DNA from: Schizochytrium sp. TIO01
Taxonomy: Eukaryota > Protista > Bigyra: Labyrinthulomycetes
DNA: 64,000 nt
Assembly (NCBI GenBank): GCA_004764695.1
Contig: SMSO01000034.1
Span: 2,790,001-2,854,000 of the forward strand
Direction: 5' to 3'
A program made the position numbers and the translations under genes. Shown in pieces: positions 59,901-64,000 of the stretch. The notes beneath the pieces were generated by a model. That model worked only from the letters and a program-made list of their open reading frames with translations. It ran no database searches and was not told the origin of the DNA. Position 1 is the first letter of the stretch, and each line of letters starts with the position of its first letter.

Positions 59901-61342
59901 ACATATCTAGTGTAGTACTGCTCGTAGAACGGGATACAAGAACATACCACTACCACTCAAATACCTAGTGTGGCTAGAGGTGCGTATTTACTGAAGTCCC
60001 AGAGGGGGAGTCCCCCTGACAGAGCTTTTTCTGTTCGGACCACCAGAGTTGTCAAGTTTCTTAAAGATTGAACTTTCTGTCCACAGAAGGGCCCGAGCAT
60101 GCGCAACATGGCAGCACACTCGGAGAGATCTCCCTAGCCAATATCAGACCATGATAGAAATTGAGTGTTTCATGGATGGAATGGTCCTGGTCATTCCCAG
60201 AGCATTTTTGTCTAATTCTCCAGGGCCCGTGGAAGTTAAAGATTTTTTTGGTAAAGTTTTTTTTTTAATGAAAATGAAAATGAGAAGCTTTTCCATTTTA
60301 TTTTCATATTCTATTTCATTTTTATTCGATACTAATTTGTTTAAATAAAAATAAAGTAAACTTTATAGATAAACAATAAATGTAAGTAAAAGACCCCCGT
60401 ACCTGTTTACTAATCTCTTTCTATATTGCTATATCTTTACAAGGGTGAGAAATACTTTAAAGGAGGTAAATAAGAATTATACCATTCCAGTCAAACTTGA
60501 GCTATTTCTAGTTAAACCCTTACACTCCTTCAATACCACGATAGTGCGTAAACTGATTAGTCTGCAAATACCTGTATAACACTATGAAACGGCTAACAAA
60601 ATGTTTATCTGGTGTGTTTTAGCAGATACTACTTTCAATTCGTGAGCGGCGTACTACCGGTACTCATCAGACATCATCCTCATTCACATATACATATATT
60701 ACAGTACAGGTTCAAGTAAGAAGTAATATCTATTTAATAGATTGCCAGAAGCAAACTCTATACTAGGTAGTACTGAAAGCACAAAGTTAATTTTTCATAG
60801 CATAATCTGTTCTACCCATCATACTAACTTCAGGTATTGTGCGGGAGAAAATTCAAGCCAGAATAAGGCCTTCCCAACAGTGAATTAGGATTATCTATCT
60901 GAGACTAGGGTTTACGTTAGATGTGATGGGCCAAGTTGTTCGCGGGAATACAATGAAAACCTAGATAAAACCTACCGAACCGAGGTAGCATAACTTAAAT
61001 TTAATATGTATATGTGATTTTAAATTAAAAAATAAAATGATAGGTTTGTTTTGAATGTTTCATTCCATTGTTTTCTGAGAAATGCAAACCTAAACTTGCT
61101 GCACTAGATGGCCTGCAAACCTCTTGACCTCTCTTGATCTAAAGCAAAGGTATGTGACATAACGAAGATAGGCACAGAGGAAATGAATAGGATGTTAGTC
61201 TAAGACAACTATTGTATACTGCTCATATTCTTTGCAATGAAATTGTATTGCACACGAGAATGTTGCATGCTGACGTTTTTTGCACCTAATCATGCTTGAC
61301 AAGCTGTGTCCCATCATTTTTAATCAAACTAAGCCGGTTTCA

Positions 61343-61379
61343 AAGAAGAAGAAGAAGAAGAAGAAGAAGAAGAAGAAGA
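61343..61379. repeat. (AAG)12 microsatellite
   Basis: Direct reading. Confidence 0.95.
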
Positions 61380-63628
61380 CAACACATTTTGTACATTGAA
61401 CAGCTGGGTAGAGGCTTAAGCTCAGAATTATACTATTGGCTATCGAATTATCTCACGGAACAACACCAAACCATGCACCGGGTCTTTTTCAATGTCTTTT
61501 TCAATGCATGGTATTCCAACGTTGGCTAATCAAATTCTCCAAATTCGCAAGTCAGCTTCAAGTTTATAATATTCTCCTAATTATACCACCATTGAGTAGA
61601 GTAAAAACAAAGTGTGAATCATAGAAGTGCATATGCTGGGTAATAGCATAGCATTAGGCTACGGAGTTCGGAGGCGCAGAAACCAGAGAGCCCGTCTGCC
61701 ATATAAACTCTTTGCCACAAAGAGGAAGCTTTAGCCTTGTTCTTTTAGACATCAACTTGCTGTGCAGTACACTATGCATGTAGAGCCTATGATATCAAGT
61801 GAATAGCAAAAGGTATTGCTCCGCATCCTTTTTTCTCATATTCCCCCCATTCACTCACCTTTGCAAAAACATTCTCATGACGCTAGCACGCAAAAAACAG
61901 AAAGTGAGGACCATGCGTATTTTAAATCGGATTAAAAGATTAATTTTACAACTTTTACTAAAATTTTCCACTTTCCATTTGATTTTTATGGGACCCGATT
62001 TAAATGGTTTCTTCTTATTATTTCTCTTCTTCTTCTTATTGAAAACGTTTTTTAATATTGAAAACTTATATGTATGTGTATTTATCTGCGAAGTGTGTGT
62101 CGCTCCTGAAGATTTTTGTTGTTTTCCCTGGGGTTTTACAAATATTTAGAGAGTTACACCTTCGTTCTCTAAAAACGTTTTCTAAAAATTGAAAATATGG
62201 GCTTTCTTCCTATATCATATTTTACAATGCTACTACTTAAAAATTTATCATTTCCTTGCTGATCTTCCTCTTCCTAACCTCGTTCTCCAATTCCATCTTT
62301 GTTCTTCTAACAAATGCTCTAACCCACCCAACTCAGCCGACCTCAGAGCGGGTGGCAACGCTGCGAACGGGCACACGAACTAAACAGCCCAAATCTGACT
62401 TAGTTTCACGATAATATTCATAGTCTGCAGATGACCTGCGAATGGGACCAGTTGAAACTAGAACCGCTGCTTAGCTTCCCTGGGAGAACCTGCCCGCGAC
62501 AATAACTTTTCTAGTCATGCCTTTATTTTAGTTTAAACTTAGGTTGAAAACCCATTCTTCTTTTGCTTGAACGTAAACTGCCAAAACAGAGGGCTTTGAT
62601 TGTGTTGTTTCTTTTCTTTGAAACTGGTAGTGCTTCGATGAAAGAGAAATTAAGTATCGAGGCAGAGCTCCCGCTTTTCGCAAGGGGTGTTTATTACTCA
62701 GTTCTAAGTATATGTGTCCTCTCTATTACTCGAAACACAAAGAAAATTTATTCATTTTTTTCTTTCAAGTTACTTTATTTTCAACTGAAAAGTCATGTTG
62801 ATTATTTCACACTTGAATTAAAAGATATACTTTTAAAATATTTTTTTAAAAAAAACTTTATTTATTTTATAAATTTTAAAACACCAGTAAAATCAATCAG
62901 AAGCATTTTATGTAAACCTCCAAACAGAGAAACCAACAAAAACCAAACAAACAACAATCGCATCAGTCGATCGAGGCACGAGCATTTCTACTCCTGCTCG
63001 CAGACCGACGGAAGTCGCGCGAGCAATCTTGAAGCATAACCCGAACTCAGCCAGCCTCCCAGCAGCAGCTGCCATAGCCGCCGCAGGTACTGAGCTACGA
63101 GCCTGCCTATCTTGTTCCTTTCTTTCTTGTCTTCGTCTCGTACGTAGCGGCACTTTCATTTACCTCATCGTCGCGTCCCGCGTCGGGGTTGAGCAGGTCG
63201 GTCCTTATTCAGAAAGTCAAAGAAAGCAACGGGGCTTGCATCACGTCGGCCGGAGCCATTCTAGCGTCACCCAAGGATCTTCATTCGTCGCGGGCATTAG
63301 TCAACAAACTTCGACTCAGGCGACATACATACACTCAAAAGACACCTTAGCAGTGTATTACGATAGTTTCTAATTGGTTTGTAGGTCCAACATCGCAAGC
63401 AGGAACGAAACCAATCAGAAGAAAGGATATCTGCTCACCTGTGGCTGTGTATTCATCCATTCTGCTTTACAAATACACGCCGCAACTCGCTACCCAGAAA
63501 ATTCAACACAGGTGATAGAGCTGGATCATCACTTCGTGCTACTCCTACATTTGGTTTTCCTCACCCAAGAGCACACACGCTAGCTGTATCTATCACAGCT
63601 AGTTCTGCTGTGAGTAAATTAGCCTTAT

Positions 63629-64000
63629 ATGGAGATTATGAAGGCACCGAGCGATCATCAGTATTCCATGCTAAGTTCCGCACAAAAGCCTCATCCAAAG
63701 GCCCCATACGGAAACGCCATGCGCGATCTTCTCAGTGCTGAGGAGGCTGAATATCTCCACAACAATCGGGATGCAATGGCTTCTGCAGCTAAGTTCCACC
63801 CAGATGCTAGCCTAGAGGCTCTTCATCAGGCCATTTACAAATCCCAGCGCGATCGCGCATCTCCAGCAATTTTCGACGATCGTCGCGCATTCCCAAACCA
63901 TCCAGGAACCAACAAGCATTATTCTCAGGAACCAACCCGTATGGAAAATGGCACCGACGTCACATCTGATATGGTACAGAGCTTGCTCTCGCAGCTTCCG
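63629..64000 (+). CDS. 5' part of an unidentified protein-coding gene (runs off the window)
   Basis: ATG at 63629 opens 124 stop-free codons to the window end (MEIMKAPSDHQYSMLSSAQKPHPKAPYGNAMRDLLSAEEAEYLH...MVQSLLSQLP), with coding-like composition. Not listed in the ORF track, presumably because it has no stop in the window. Confidence 0.7.
   Translation, partial: MEIMKAPSDHQYSMLSSAQKPHPKAPYGNAMRDLLSAEEAEYLHNNRDAMASAAKFHPDASLEALHQAIYKSQRDRASPAIFDDRRAFPNHPGTNKHYSQEPTRMENGTDVTSDMVQSLLSQLP

Noticed and set aside
53424-63039. ORFs over 110 aa in the desert (53424-53774, 55561-56010, 55586-55930, 57119-57469, 62563-63039)
   Set aside because: Mostly non-ATG starts, no motifs, and composition reflecting AT islands or random sequence.
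1-64000. tRNA, rRNA or transposon/retroelement genes
   Set aside because: I saw no cloverleaf/T-loop context, rRNA tract, RT/integrase/transposase ORF or terminal repeats by eye; the short rRNA matches are snoRNA guides. tRNAscan-SE and RepeatMasker would be needed to exclude them formally.

Overview
Eukaryotic nuclear DNA with spliceosomal GT-AG introns (CTAAC/CTAAT-type branch points) and many microsatellites. My impression, not provable here, is a stramenopile-like protist such as a thraustochytrid. A gene-rich block at about 8-42.4 kb holds nine recognisable genes: PRP19 (-), an EF-hand/IQ-containing 6TM voltage-gated K+ channel (+), a HINT3-like HIT hydrolase (+), a three-coding-exon La-related protein (LARP4-like, -), TBCK (+), a two-exon PILS/auxin-efflux-carrier-family transporter (+), AP-1 gamma adaptin (+), a monomodular NRPS-like A-T-R reductase (+) and ALG11 (+). 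It is flanked by about 8 kb and about 21 kb without a credible CDS, and an unidentified ORF starts at 63629 and runs off the end. The best hidden signal is absent from the ORF track: the two coding-region introns of the LARP gene each carry a tandem pair of box C/D snoRNAs. One family is a dual guide predicted to methylate the LSU A-loop uridine (yeast Um2921 equivalent) and SSU Am974, with compensatory non-canonical C/D boxes and a flanking stem. The other family has no target I can assign. Other leads are a recurring AGGTTCATGG motif 190-310 bp after stop codons, an ATRR-like A-T-R enzyme lacking its second reductase, and a possible small spliced gene divergent from ALG11.
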